Positions 9,581 to 18,383 are shown, counted from the first letter of the stretch. The stretch: DNA of 27,832 nucleotides from a virus (IMGVR_UViG_3300017747_004591:1-27832), one strand, 5' to 3'. Numbers and translations are program-made. The notes: a model not told the origin generated them from the letters alone.

Positions 9581-10150
9581 TTATTCTTTCCTTTCTTTTA
9601 AAGATTTGTGTAACGCACTGTGGCAAAATGTGCAAACCCATACTACTTCAAGCGGATTAGAATAGTCCATATGATGTCCTTGTATTGGATATTTTTCTGA
9701 ACCGCAAATACTGCATGCCTTAGGTCTAATCAAATCTCCCCTCCTTACCGCCGCAACATATATTTTGTATGCATCAGCTTTTTTCTGATCGCGTTTTTTG
9801 TTGTATTCCTTTTGCCATAAATTTATTCTTTCTTTCTGCTCTTTTCTTTTCTCTATTTGCGCTTCCCGATTTTTCTTATACCACGCTTTTAAATATTTTT
9901 TTCTTTCTTCTTTTTGTTCCGGATCTCGTTTGTCAAACCACTCTTTTGCCGACCGTATATATTTTTTTCTATTTGCCTTGTAGTATTTCTTTTGTCTATC
10001 CCTTACCCTTGTGATATTTGCATTATAGTATGATCTTCTGTTTTCATTCGTGCATTCCTTGCATATTCTGTGAATCCCACATTTTCTGTCCTTACGGACC
10101 AGAAAACCATCTAGATTCTTCTCTACTCCACACTTTGAACAAGTATTCAT
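9581..10150 (-). CDS. Free-standing HNH/His-Cys-type homing endonuclease-like protein
   Basis: N-terminal CxxC...CxxC zinc finger, Lys/Arg-rich linker, C-terminal RPKACSICG...GHHMDYSNPLEVVWVCTFCH; AT-rich relative to its flanks. Confidence 0.8.
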   Translation of the reverse strand: MNTCSKCGVEKNLDGFLVRKDRKCGIHRICKECTNENRRSYYNANITRVRDRQKKYYKANRKKYIRSAKEWFDKRDPEQKEERKKYLKAWYKKNREAQIEKRKEQKERINLWQKEYNKKRDQKKADAYKIYVAAVRRGDLIRPKACSICGSEKYPIQGHHMDYSNPLEVVWVCTFCHSALHKSLKERKE

Positions 10151-10207
10151 GATAACCCCTCTTGTTTAAGGAGGGGTTATCATATATCAGGTATGCGTTT
10201 AAATCAA
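10149..10207 (-). promoter_or_regulatory. Promoter plus RBS-sequestering hairpin of the HNH gene
   Basis: TTGATT(10207-10202)-17-TATGAT(10184-10179); perfect 13-bp stem ATGATAACCCCTC / GAGGGGTTATCAT covering the SD and start codon. Confidence 0.75.
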
Positions 10208-10209
10208 CG

Positions 10210-11226
10210 CTATTCCTGAACGTGTCTATCGTACTTAATCGCGTACCAGTCGTAAACAGCTGAGGAACTAGTCACTACACTAGTACCCAATTGCATCACG
10301 TACCTGTTGCGTGAGTCAAACGCATCACTTAAATTGTTCCCCTCTGGGATAGCAGGCACCGAAGCACTGCCACTCAACGGAACAACGCCCGAAGACGACG
10401 GCACCGCCATCGCAGGGCTTACACCAGCGGCTGCTACTGCACTTGTCGGGAATGCAAAGGTCGTGTAACCAGTGGTATCCAGATCAAGAGTGATAGAAGA
10501 AACCGTGGAGCTGTTGGTCACGCTAAGGACGCGGGCTTGCTTCTTGTCCATCTCAAGCATTCCGTAGTCACTAGTGACGCGGAAAGAAACAATTTCACCA
10601 GGTGTGAAATCATTCTTTGCTGTGAAATAAACAACGCCTTGCGCTGCCTGGGTGATATTTGCAATGAAGGCCTGTCTTGGGTACATCAAACTTGGTATGT
10701 ACTTCTTGACTTGCCCAGCGGTTGCATCAGCAGCGAAGGTTATACCACTCGAAGCCATGTAACCTAGCGTGATGCTCACGTTAGCAGTTACAGCAGTAAC
10801 TTGGAAAGAATATCCAGCGATCTGGAGCTCCCCAGTTGTTGCGTACAGTCTAACATAATCACCCACCGCAATAGATCCCGTGCTCGCCATGGTACAAACG
10901 AATGTGCCCGCGCTCCCGGTGATTGCTGTTGTAGCAAGTGCTGCAAAAGTAGGAGGATTAGCAGTATCAATAAAGATAAAGCCCCCACTTGTCCCAGCTT
11001 CTGATGTCAAAGCTCCCGTCGCATTGTCTTGGTCCATAGAAGCAAATGCATCACTTGCCATTCCCTTCTTCCACCATGACCGCACGGAAGTCTCTGCGGC
11101 ATCATCGCCCCAAGCTGTCCTGTTTTCCAGCACAAACATGTCAGGCTGATCACTAAGAACAACCTGCTTCATCAGCGCAGCAGTGGAGGTAAAAGAACCG
11201 CCGTCAATAACTTGATATGGCAACAT
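10210..11226 (-). CDS. Virion structural protein with FCCH-like (ubiquitin-activating E1 FCCH) beta domains
   Basis: 338 aa, Ala/Thr/Ser-rich; IANITQAAQGVVYFTAKNDFTPGEIVSFRV; strong SD TAAGGAGG overlapping the spliced MCP stop. Confidence 0.7.
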   Translation of the reverse strand: MLPYQVIDGGSFTSTAALMKQVVLSDQPDMFVLENRTAWGDDAAETSVRSWWKKGMASDAFASMDQDNATGALTSEAGTSGGFIFIDTANPPTFAALATTAITGSAGTFVCTMASTGSIAVGDYVRLYATTGELQIAGYSFQVTAVTANVSITLGYMASSGITFAADATAGQVKKYIPSLMYPRQAFIANITQAAQGVVYFTAKNDFTPGEIVSFRVTSDYGMLEMDKKQARVLSVTNSSTVSSITLDLDTTGYTTFAFPTSAVAAAGVSPAMAVPSSSGVVPLSGSASVPAIPEGNNLSDAFDSRNRYVMQLGTSVVTSSSAVYDWYAIKYDRHVQE

Positions 11227-11237
11227 ATAATACCTCC

Positions 11238-11283
11238 TTATATTCCGGTTGATCTGAGTTTCTGCACCCAGAGGTCGTTGTTA
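11238..11283 (-). CDS. Major capsid protein, exon 2
   Basis: After the omega-G at 11284: T AAC AAC GAC CTC TGG GTG CAG AAA CTC AGA TCA ACC GGA ATA TAA. In frame with exon 1, giving ...GQCVNNDLWVQKLRSTGI*. Confidence 0.85.
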
Positions 11284-11386
11284 CATTTCTATTACTTTCA
11301 CCTCTCGGCTACTGACCAATTTGATAAACTTATCAGATTGGCGGGGGCGATTCTTCGATCTCCCCTCACAAGGTTTCCTCTTGTGT

Positions 11387-11974
11387 TTAGACTATCACAT
11401 CTTCCTTTTCGGAAGCCGTCTCGTTTAGTCGTTCAGCGCGAAACTTATTTCCATGATGATGGTTATAATGGCAATCATTGCAAAGCCAAATAATATCTAA
11501 GTGTTTTGAATAATCTTCGTGATGCGCATGAGGTTTGCAGTTCTTTTGGCATTTCGAGCAAATTTTAGGCCTAATCAATAAACCTTTTTTTATTGCTCTT
11601 CTTGTCGATTGCTGTGCTTCAATTTTTTCAGGATTCTTTTCCCTAAATTCCTTTGAATTATTTTTATGAGCCAGCTTCCCTTTTTGTGTCTGCAAATATT
11701 CCTTCTGCTTTATCTTAAGATATTCTCTTCGCTTTTCAATATTATTTAAATAGTATTGTTTACACCTTTCGTTTAGCATCGGTCTTCGTTCTTTTTGCCA
11801 TTGTAGTCTATAAATTCTAGACTTTTTTAAGGCAGATTCTGATCTTACCGATATTTTTGCGCGTGCCTTACAACAATCTTTACACTTTTGATTTAGTCCA
11901 TCAAAAGCTTTCTTATCTTTACCAAATTCATCAAAAAACTTTTCAACCTTGCAGCCTGTACATACTTTTTTCAT
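11387..11974 (-). CDS. Intron-encoded HNH-type homing endonuclease
   Basis: SD GAGGA before ATG 11974; MKKVCTGCK...KCKDCCK zinc finger; RPKICSKCQ...HAHHEDYSKHLDIIWLCNDCH; C-terminus (RAERLNE...DVIV*) reads through the intron core. Confidence 0.85.
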   Translation of the reverse strand: MKKVCTGCKVEKFFDEFGKDKKAFDGLNQKCKDCCKARAKISVRSESALKKSRIYRLQWQKERRPMLNERCKQYYLNNIEKRREYLKIKQKEYLQTQKGKLAHKNNSKEFREKNPEKIEAQQSTRRAIKKGLLIRPKICSKCQKNCKPHAHHEDYSKHLDIIWLCNDCHYNHHHGNKFRAERLNETASEKEDVIV

Positions 11975-12001
11975 ATAATATCCTCTATTTGGATATATAT
12001 A

Positions 12002-12030
12002 ATGATATATGGTTGCTTGGTTTACTTCAA
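12002..12030 (-). promoter_or_regulatory. Intron-internal promoter for the endonuclease
   Basis: TTGAAG-17 nt-TATCAT just upstream of the SD. Confidence 0.5.
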
Positions 12031-12150
12031 TCATTTCTTCGCCCTTGTTGCCATGACTACGCAGCCTCTGCATAGTTGTAGGTTTCCAAGTCAATTAGAG
12101 TCGGTTTTAAATGCGCTAACGTCTGTAAGTCGTTGGTTTTAAACCACTTA

Positions 12151-13055
12151 ACGCATTGCCCTTGATAGAACGAGCATGCAGCAGAATGACGCAAATGGCA
12201 CGGGTCATTAAAGAAACCCGGGGGAGTATAAATATACTTCGCCCTTCCACCGCGCTGGAATACAACTTTGTACCCTTCTTGGGCAGTGACAAAGCAGTTA
12301 GCAACGTCATTGCCAAGTAGAGAAGCAGTAGGAGTAATCGACCCTTGCGAAGACTGGAACACACGAATGTTGTTCACCCCGCCCCACTCGGACGATAGCG
12401 TATTGATAGCTCCTGTCCCATACTCAAACTTACGTCGGAAGCCTGTGATAGCATTCAGCACAGGAATCATGCGCGAATGAACCATCATCGCGTATGCATC
12501 GCCCAAAGGTGATGTCCCGATCTTGTCTGAAGCATCAATCATATTGGTGATGTAATCCCCGTCATTAGTTTGAAGGGTAGCAACCACATCGTCTAGGTCG
12601 CTAAGCGCCATTTCTGTAGGAAGGTCTCCATTGGAACCCCCTACGCAGTTGACTAGAGAAGCTGAGGATTCTAGGTTGTCTCTTTGCAGAACATCACTAG
12701 TTTCTTTATAAGCCTGCCCAAGTCTTGCTGCAGCGGCATTTAATATAGGGTCTTGATTGGTCATAGTTACTTGTTTAGTTAGTACTAAATAAGTAGCGTA
12801 GTTTCGCACTCTGCAATCCACGTCTACACGGCTCAAAAGCTGTGATGGAGGATTCATTTGTGCGTTGTCTAGAGGCACTTCGAAAGTGTCTAAGCGGTCA
12901 TAGCGTGACTGACGATTGATAAATCCATCGTTGTCATTTACCTCAACAACAGACGCAAACAGATTATGAATGCAGTTTTTTTCCGGAGTGGAAAGAAGCT
13001 TCTGCGTATAATTCTGCTGAATCTGTGGAGGCATGTTGTTCAGGTTAACAGACAT
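12151..13055 (-). CDS. Major capsid protein (N4-gp56 family-like), exon 1; spliced product 316 aa
   Basis: NQDPILNAAAARLGQAYKETSDVLQRD, SEWGGVNNIRVFQSS, YIYTPPG...DP; follows the scaffold gene; exon length 905 = 301 codons + 2 nt. Confidence 0.88.
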
Positions 13056-13067
13056 GTTACCTCGGGG

Positions 13068-13823
13068 TTATAGACCCGTGGCTTGACTCGCGTATGACAT
13101 CATTTCCTCGTACAACCGCTTTTTGTCGGCTGCCGTAGATTTAAACGCCTGGGCCATCGGTCGCTTGTCGTAAGCCATCGGAGACGCTACGCTTTTTGCG
13201 TTCTTCTCCAACTTCTTTTCGACTTCCTTTACCCGACGGGATTCAGGAAGCGACGTATGTAGCCCCAGCGCCTTGATGTACTTGTAGGACTGAATCCCCA
13301 TTTTGTAATGGTCCTTCAGCTCTGCAATCGTTTGCGCAAGCTCGGGTTCCTTTTTTTCCAATATTTCTAACGTCTCAACATTTACGACATCATCAAAATC
13401 TGGATACTGAACCCTTAGCGATTGCACAAGCTTCTGCTGCTCTTGCTGAGCAATTTTAGCCTCTAACGCCTGTATCTTCTGTTCTAGGGGTTGGACCGCT
13501 TTCCGCGCTATCCCCTTAACCCCCCCTGCTGACGGGTAATCGTCGTCGGGTATTTCAGCTTCTTCAGGTCCACGTGCCGGCTGAGGTGCTTGCCCTTTCT
13601 GCATTTGCAGGAAGTTTGCGAGCATCTCATCCTTTTGCTTGAGTTGCCACTCCATCTCTTTCTGACGCTGTCGCATAGCTGCCCAGTTGCGCTCCTGTGC
13701 ATCGTCGGCCTTCTTTACGGCCTCCTCTGCTGGTGCTTCCTGTGTAGCCTCAATCGATTCGTTGACTTCTGTCTCGAGAGGTGCGGCCTCCTGTTCTGCG
13801 CTATTTTCGATCTCTTCGGTCAT
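13068..13823 (-). CDS. Capsid scaffolding protein
   Basis: Acidic disordered N-terminus, coiled coil (ERNWAAMRQRQKEME), YPDFDDVV; directly upstream of the MCP. Start at ATG 13823 preferred (AAGGAAG SD). Confidence 0.75.
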   Translation of the reverse strand: MTEEIENSAEQEAAPLETEVNESIEATQEAPAEEAVKKADDAQERNWAAMRQRQKEMEWQLKQKDEMLANFLQMQKGQAPQPARGPEEAEIPDDDYPSAGGVKGIARKAVQPLEQKIQALEAKIAQQEQQKLVQSLRVQYPDFDDVVNVETLEILEKKEPELAQTIAELKDHYKMGIQSYKYIKALGLHTSLPESRRVKEVEKKLEKNAKSVASPMAYDKRPMAQAFKSTAADKKRLYEEMMSYASQATGL

Positions 13824-13931
13824 AAATCTTCCTTTGCAGCTGTGAACCTGCTTACACTGTGCGGTGATGAACCCGCGTAACATCTATAATTTAGAATTTA
13901 AGTTATAATGACAATATAGTCCATTAAAACT

Positions 13932-14285
13932 TTACGTGCTTCGTTTATCAAACGCATCTTGAATATTTGTCCCTGGGATATCGGCATTTGGGATTGCTCC
14001 AGATGCGGAGGGTATACAGGTAGGCGGCGTCGTGCCCGCTGTATCTAACAATGCTACAGTAAATGGTGTCCACGTTGTCGTGTCGATGTCAATTGTAATT
14101 GTATTGCTACTAATACTTAGAACCTTCGCCCTCCGATTGTTTATCTCCCTCATACCAAAGTCTTTAGTAACACGAAAGGAAACTATCTCACCGATAGTAA
14201 AATCATGATCGTCTACAAATGTAACGGTGGGTTGCACCGCGTTTGTGATGTCACTGATTTCAATACTCGTCGGGTAGTAGCTCAT
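13932..14285 (-). CDS. Stand-alone FCCH-like domain protein
   Basis: ISDITNAVQPTVTFVDDHDFTIGEIVSFRVTKDFGMREIN; paralogous to the C-terminal half of 10210-11226. Confidence 0.75.
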   Translation of the reverse strand: MSYYPTSIEISDITNAVQPTVTFVDDHDFTIGEIVSFRVTKDFGMREINNRRAKVLSISSNTITIDIDTTTWTPFTVALLDTAGTTPPTCIPSASGAIPNADIPGTNIQDAFDKRST

Positions 14286-14824
14286 AACTTAAACTTTATA
14301 ACAGTTTTCTCTTTCCCCATCTTCCGGTCCTTGAACCCTGGTATCGCGATGATGATAGGCGTCTTGTCTAGGTTGGTGCCTACCTGCCGAAAGCCAAAGT
14401 AAGGAAGATCCTCAGCAAGGTATGCTTTTATGTCCTCGATCTGCTCCGCAACGTAGTAGTCTGGATTGAAGATGTAGTTGTTAAACACAGACTGATGCGG
14501 AAGCGACCAGCAGAACAATGTTTCATTGCTCTTTGGGTCCGTCCAAAATACTTCAGTATTTGGCTCAGGGTACGGCCTGCGCTCACTTGTAATCATCCGA
14601 CGAAGCAACGTATTTGTAAGCTGCGCATCCTTCTTCTCGTGGATTGTTATATAAAAAGGGCGGCCATCATAAGGATTGCTTGCTATTGTGTTGTTGAGAT
14701 CATCAACAAGCGAGGGCATGAGCTCGTGGCCCAAGTCCCCCGCCACTGGAATGTCTGTCGACATCATAGCCTCAACGGCCATCGTCCCTACTGTGTCGCG
14801 ATCGCCGTAGAGTGATCTACTCAT
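14282..14824 (-). CDS. Hypothetical phage protein
   Basis: 180-aa ORF overlapping both neighbours. Confidence 0.7.
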   Translation of the reverse strand: MSRSLYGDRDTVGTMAVEAMMSTDIPVAGDLGHELMPSLVDDLNNTIASNPYDGRPFYITIHEKKDAQLTNTLLRRMITSERRPYPEPNTEVFWTDPKSNETLFCWSLPHQSVFNNYIFNPDYYVAEQIEDIKAYLAEDLPYFGFRQVGTNLDKTPIIIAIPGFKDRKMGKEKTVIKFKL

Positions 14825-14999
14825 ATCGACCCTTGTATGCTTTGCTTTTGATTTTGGACGCTTCGGAATTCATTTGCTTGTCCTTGCGTGCCATGTACTC
14901 ATTAGCCTTTCCAGCCATCTTTCCAGCAAACTGGGCTTCCCCAGGCTGGTAGTCTTTCACTTTTACCGACATATCGCCGGTTTTTGGTGCTTTTTCCAT
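14817..14999 (-). CDS. Small basic hypothetical protein
   Basis: 60 aa, immediately after the portal gene. Confidence 0.6.
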   Translation of the reverse strand: MEKAPKTGDMSVKVKDYQPGEAQFAGKMAGKANEYMARKDKQMNSEASKIKSKAYKGRYE

Positions 15000-15007
15000 C
15001 TTGTTAC

Positions 15008-17029
15008 CTATAGGTTGTTTGTATTTTGTCCTACTACCGTAGGTGTTTGCATAACTTCCGGTTGTAGAGTTTGCAATAGTGCGAACTGCTGCGCGAGATG
15101 GTCTAAATCCATCCCTTGAAGTTCCTTGATTGCCTTTATCGCATTGAGCAACGCCGCTGTGTCTTCGGTGTGAGCGCGTTTTAACTTGTCTTCGGCTATT
15201 GCTATGTCGGTATGTATTTTGGCAGAACGCTCTTCGGCCAGGCTGTGCTGACTATGGGCATAAGCTATCTTCGTCTCGCTGTCGACCTGCATTTGCTGCA
15301 TCTGCATTTGCTGCATTGCCTGTGCTTGTTGTGCTTGTTCTTGCTGAGCTTTCTGGATCTTCTCGATGATTCGGTCCTTGTTCTGGATCGTCATCGCCTC
15401 GATTATTTCATCCGGCGGGAATACCTCACCGAATCGGGTCTGTAGCTCGAAGAGCTGCGATAGCTCAAGCTGCTGCTGTGTCTCTGTTAATACGCCCTGT
15501 ATTACCTTTGCTCCGTAGGAGAAAAATGCCTTATTGTCGAACTCAGGAGTCGGCTCCTCGCCTATCACGCTACGAATCTTTCCATATGTCCATTGCGTCT
15601 GTATAAGCTCTATGATGATCTCACCACAACGCTTTTGCGATTCTTCCATCTGATCGAAATACTTCTGCAAAGTCGTAAGCCCTGCACCCTGGCGAAGCAT
15701 CGAGAGAACGCCCGCTTTGTCGTCCATAGCAGCGCCAAGAAGCTCCTCATTGATGCCGGAGATTTCACGCATCGCCTGCTTTAGCATGTCTTCCATCTGC
15801 AGCATGACAGGTGACGGCGGAACAATCTGCATCGGCTGCACGTCGTCCATCTGATTTTTGTCGTTGATGACAAGGACCCGGCCATTACCACGGTTCATAC
15901 TATCATCTGGGGTTAAAAGCGCCCCCTTCTTTACCTTCAGCCCCTGCTGCTGGCTCGATAGGATATCAAGGTCGGTGAGCTTGCGCACGTTGTACAAGTA
16001 CTGCGCATCACGCATGTCGCGGACAATGCCCTTGAACTTGTAGTTGAAATAGATCGTGTCAGGGTTGAAGTTACCATAAAATCCCACGAAAGGATATCTG
16101 TCGAGGCCCCAAGGGCTTTCCTCGTCGACAAGCACACGGCCATTGATAAGCACCGCGCGGCGCACAGTCCGCTTTGGCATCTTGACGATCTTAAGCTTGT
16201 CTTTAAGCGCCATCATTACCACGCGAATATCTTCCTCATCGCCGATTAGTTCCTTTGTCTCTTGCGTCTGCATATCGACCGCATATGTGGCCTCACGCGT
16301 GCTCAGGTACCAATATTCATCGAAAGCAAGCAGGTCTTTTTGATTGAGACCGAAGTTCTCCGGCATGTAATAAAACTTCTCGTCTTTCAGCGTGCCACCG
16401 TACGGTGTATTCTCAATCTCGTCGGCCTGGTCTTTGTAAAGCAACTTAGCTTCGGTCTTACTGAAATATTGCCGTGTCCAGATGTAGCGGCAGTCTGAGA
16501 GGTCTTTGTTGCGAAAGTAGGGGTCGATCATCACAGACTTAAAGTCGATGTAACGCAACTTGATATCGGGGGAAACAGGATCAGCAGCGAAGTCCGGGTA
16601 AATGCCTACAAGCCCGAAACCCTGGACTAATGCGCCTTGCTCGAACGCATCGCTGTAGACCTCATAGCCTCCCGCTTTATGCACGTGATAAAGGCACTTG
16701 GTCAGCTGGTCCGCTGTCTTTTGTACTGGACTTGTGACAGGGACGGCAATCGTACACTTGCGGTTACGCCTCTGGTGTCCCGTCACCATCATTATGCTAG
16801 CATGTGTGAGGTTGAAGTTGAACATTTTCTTTCGCGTGTTAAACTGATTTGGAAATAGCACATTCCATAGTTCAGGATCGCCCAGGTACGTCCTTTGATC
16901 GTAATCCGCCTCCCACCACTGAGTTTGCAAGTGAGTAATCGAATCGTTGTAGTTAGCTTGCATCATCTGCTTGATAGACGTGTCAACGTCAGTACCCGGC
17001 CAAAATGTAGGATCGTTATTCTTCGGCAT
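15008..17029 (-). CDS. Portal protein (P22-like)
   Basis: 673 aa; FNFNLTHASIMMVTGHQRRNR, VMIDPYFRNKDLSDCRY, GIVRDMRDAQYLYN; Gln-rich C-terminal barrel; follows TerL. Confidence 0.9.
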   Translation of the reverse strand: MPKNNDPTFWPGTDVDTSIKQMMQANYNDSITHLQTQWWEADYDQRTYLGDPELWNVLFPNQFNTRKKMFNFNLTHASIMMVTGHQRRNRKCTIAVPVTSPVQKTADQLTKCLYHVHKAGGYEVYSDAFEQGALVQGFGLVGIYPDFAADPVSPDIKLRYIDFKSVMIDPYFRNKDLSDCRYIWTRQYFSKTEAKLLYKDQADEIENTPYGGTLKDEKFYYMPENFGLNQKDLLAFDEYWYLSTREATYAVDMQTQETKELIGDEEDIRVVMMALKDKLKIVKMPKRTVRRAVLINGRVLVDEESPWGLDRYPFVGFYGNFNPDTIYFNYKFKGIVRDMRDAQYLYNVRKLTDLDILSSQQQGLKVKKGALLTPDDSMNRGNGRVLVINDKNQMDDVQPMQIVPPSPVMLQMEDMLKQAMREISGINEELLGAAMDDKAGVLSMLRQGAGLTTLQKYFDQMEESQKRCGEIIIELIQTQWTYGKIRSVIGEEPTPEFDNKAFFSYGAKVIQGVLTETQQQLELSQLFELQTRFGEVFPPDEIIEAMTIQNKDRIIEKIQKAQQEQAQQAQAMQQMQMQQMQVDSETKIAYAHSQHSLAEERSAKIHTDIAIAEDKLKRAHTEDTAALLNAIKAIKELQGMDLDHLAQQFALLQTLQPEVMQTPTVVGQNTNNL

Positions 17030-17081
17030 ACCACACCTTTGTAAAACTTAAACCTATCATTTCAAAATTTAATACTCAATA

Positions 17082-18383
17082 TCAATAACCCATATATTTA
17101 TTTAACACCGAAATTTCATCGTCGGGCGTAGCATTAGCCAAGTGTATGCCGCGCAGCCCTTCCGCGAGGTAGCGCATGGCATCGCACATATGAGAGGACC
17201 AGTTATGTAACGGCTTATTTCCGTATACTTTGCGCTTGTCGTCCCACTCACGATGATAGTTCTCCAACGACTTGGTCAGCACTGCGCATTTATCGCTATT
17301 GATAAGCACCCGGGAAGACAATAGGACCTTCACCGCTTCAATTCCGTCCACTATGAAGCTCTTTTTAACGACAGTCACAGGTATTTTTAGGTCCTCAAGA
17401 ATCTCCTTACGGGTCAATCCTGTAGATAGCCCGTCTACATGCTCTACGTCATGAGGAAACAAGTGTGAGCCGTAGCGGTAGCCTTTATCTGTGAGTAACT
17501 GCTTATACCAATGCAGAGTCTTGTTGCTATGCTCTTCACAATCTATGATCTTTATACGCTCGCCGTCGAGCTGAAAGAAGATAATTGAAGTGCAATCGTC
17601 CCAACCTAAGTCCCAGGCAGTGTGCACTTGTTTGTACGGATCGTAAGGTATCTTTGTTATGCGCTCCTCATCGTACATTTTTGTTACCAGTTTCGCGTAG
17701 AACGCCCCATCAATACCTCGGTCAAAGCTACAACTATATTCCTGCTGTGCCAGCTCCTCACTCATCCCCTCCGCGATCTCTTTCTTGATATCTTCATCTG
17801 TCAAGATGCCTGTGTCCTTGTAAGTGAGCTTCTCCACGAACCAGTCTGGCTGGTTTTGGCCCATCTGGAAGAGGTCGAAAAAATGGTTTCGGCCCCGGGG
17901 CGTACTAATGAAAATGGCCGTCCCGCCATTAACTTTTAGGATGGGCCGGATAAAATCCCATGCGTCCGTTGTCTGTAGTGCATATTCCGAGAATACTACG
18001 ATTTTGGGGTTAGTCCCCATTAGGCTATCAATGTTGTCCGAACCGATAAGTTGAAAGAGTGACCCGTTCTTCAGCCGAATCTTCATCTCTTGCTGATTCT
18101 TTTGGGCGACAAACTCCGCCGGAAAATAGTCTATGATCCGAAAGCCATCGTTAGTGCTAGAGTCCCATATGACCTTTTTGGCCTGCGAATAAGTAGGCAT
18201 GACGTAGAAACACGTTGTGTTTCGATCGCGCACTAGCTGCTCGATGCACCAGTTGAAGATAGTAATGTCCTTGCCTGCCCGCCGATGACAGCACCAAATA
18301 GCGCGCTTTGACCCTTTATTGAGTGAGTTAAGAATTGGAAGCTGGTACGCTCTCGGGAAGAACTTCGACAGTATTTCCGGCAT
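17082..18383 (-). CDS. terL: Terminase large subunit
   Basis: PRAYQ, Walker A HRRAGKD, Walker B VVFSEYA, motif III ISTPRGRNHF, nuclease WDLGWDD...SHMCDAMRY. Start at 18383 preferred over TTG 18428. Confidence 0.95.
   Translation of the reverse strand: MPEILSKFFPRAYQLPILNSLNKGSKRAIWCCHRRAGKDITIFNWCIEQLVRDRNTTCFYVMPTYSQAKKVIWDSSTNDGFRIIDYFPAEFVAQKNQQEMKIRLKNGSLFQLIGSDNIDSLMGTNPKIVVFSEYALQTTDAWDFIRPILKVNGGTAIFISTPRGRNHFFDLFQMGQNQPDWFVEKLTYKDTGILTDEDIKKEIAEGMSEELAQQEYSCSFDRGIDGAFYAKLVTKMYDEERITKIPYDPYKQVHTAWDLGWDDCTSIIFFQLDGERIKIIDCEEHSNKTLHWYKQLLTDKGYRYGSHLFPHDVEHVDGLSTGLTRKEILEDLKIPVTVVKKSFIVDGIEAVKVLLSSRVLINSDKCAVLTKSLENYHREWDDKRKVYGNKPLHNWSSHMCDAMRYLAEGLRGIHLANATPDDEISVLNKYMGY

Larger units (their letters stand above)
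11284..12150 (-). ncRNA. Group I self-splicing intron (867 nt) with homing endonuclease ORF
   Basis: P1: exon AAUGCGU pairs with IGS GCGCAUU (U-G at splice site). P10: GUUA with exon-2 UAAC. P7: GACUA/UAGUC (CUGAACGACUA...UGUGAUAGUC). P3: CCGACUC/GAGACGG. P8: CUUCC/GGAAG. P9 hairpins and terminal G present. Confidence 0.92.

Noticed and set aside
11975-12094. N-terminal extension of the intron ORF (TTG start at 12094)
   Set aside because: It overlaps the ribozyme P4-P6 region; the SD and promoter point to ATG 11974.
12057-13055. 332-aa capsid ORF as given in the track
   Set aside because: The last ~30 codons are intron sequence; the spliced form is better supported.
15290-15350. Short tandem CAG/CAA-type repeats in the portal gene
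   Set aside because: They encode the Gln-rich coiled coil usual in P22-like portals; not an independent repeat element.
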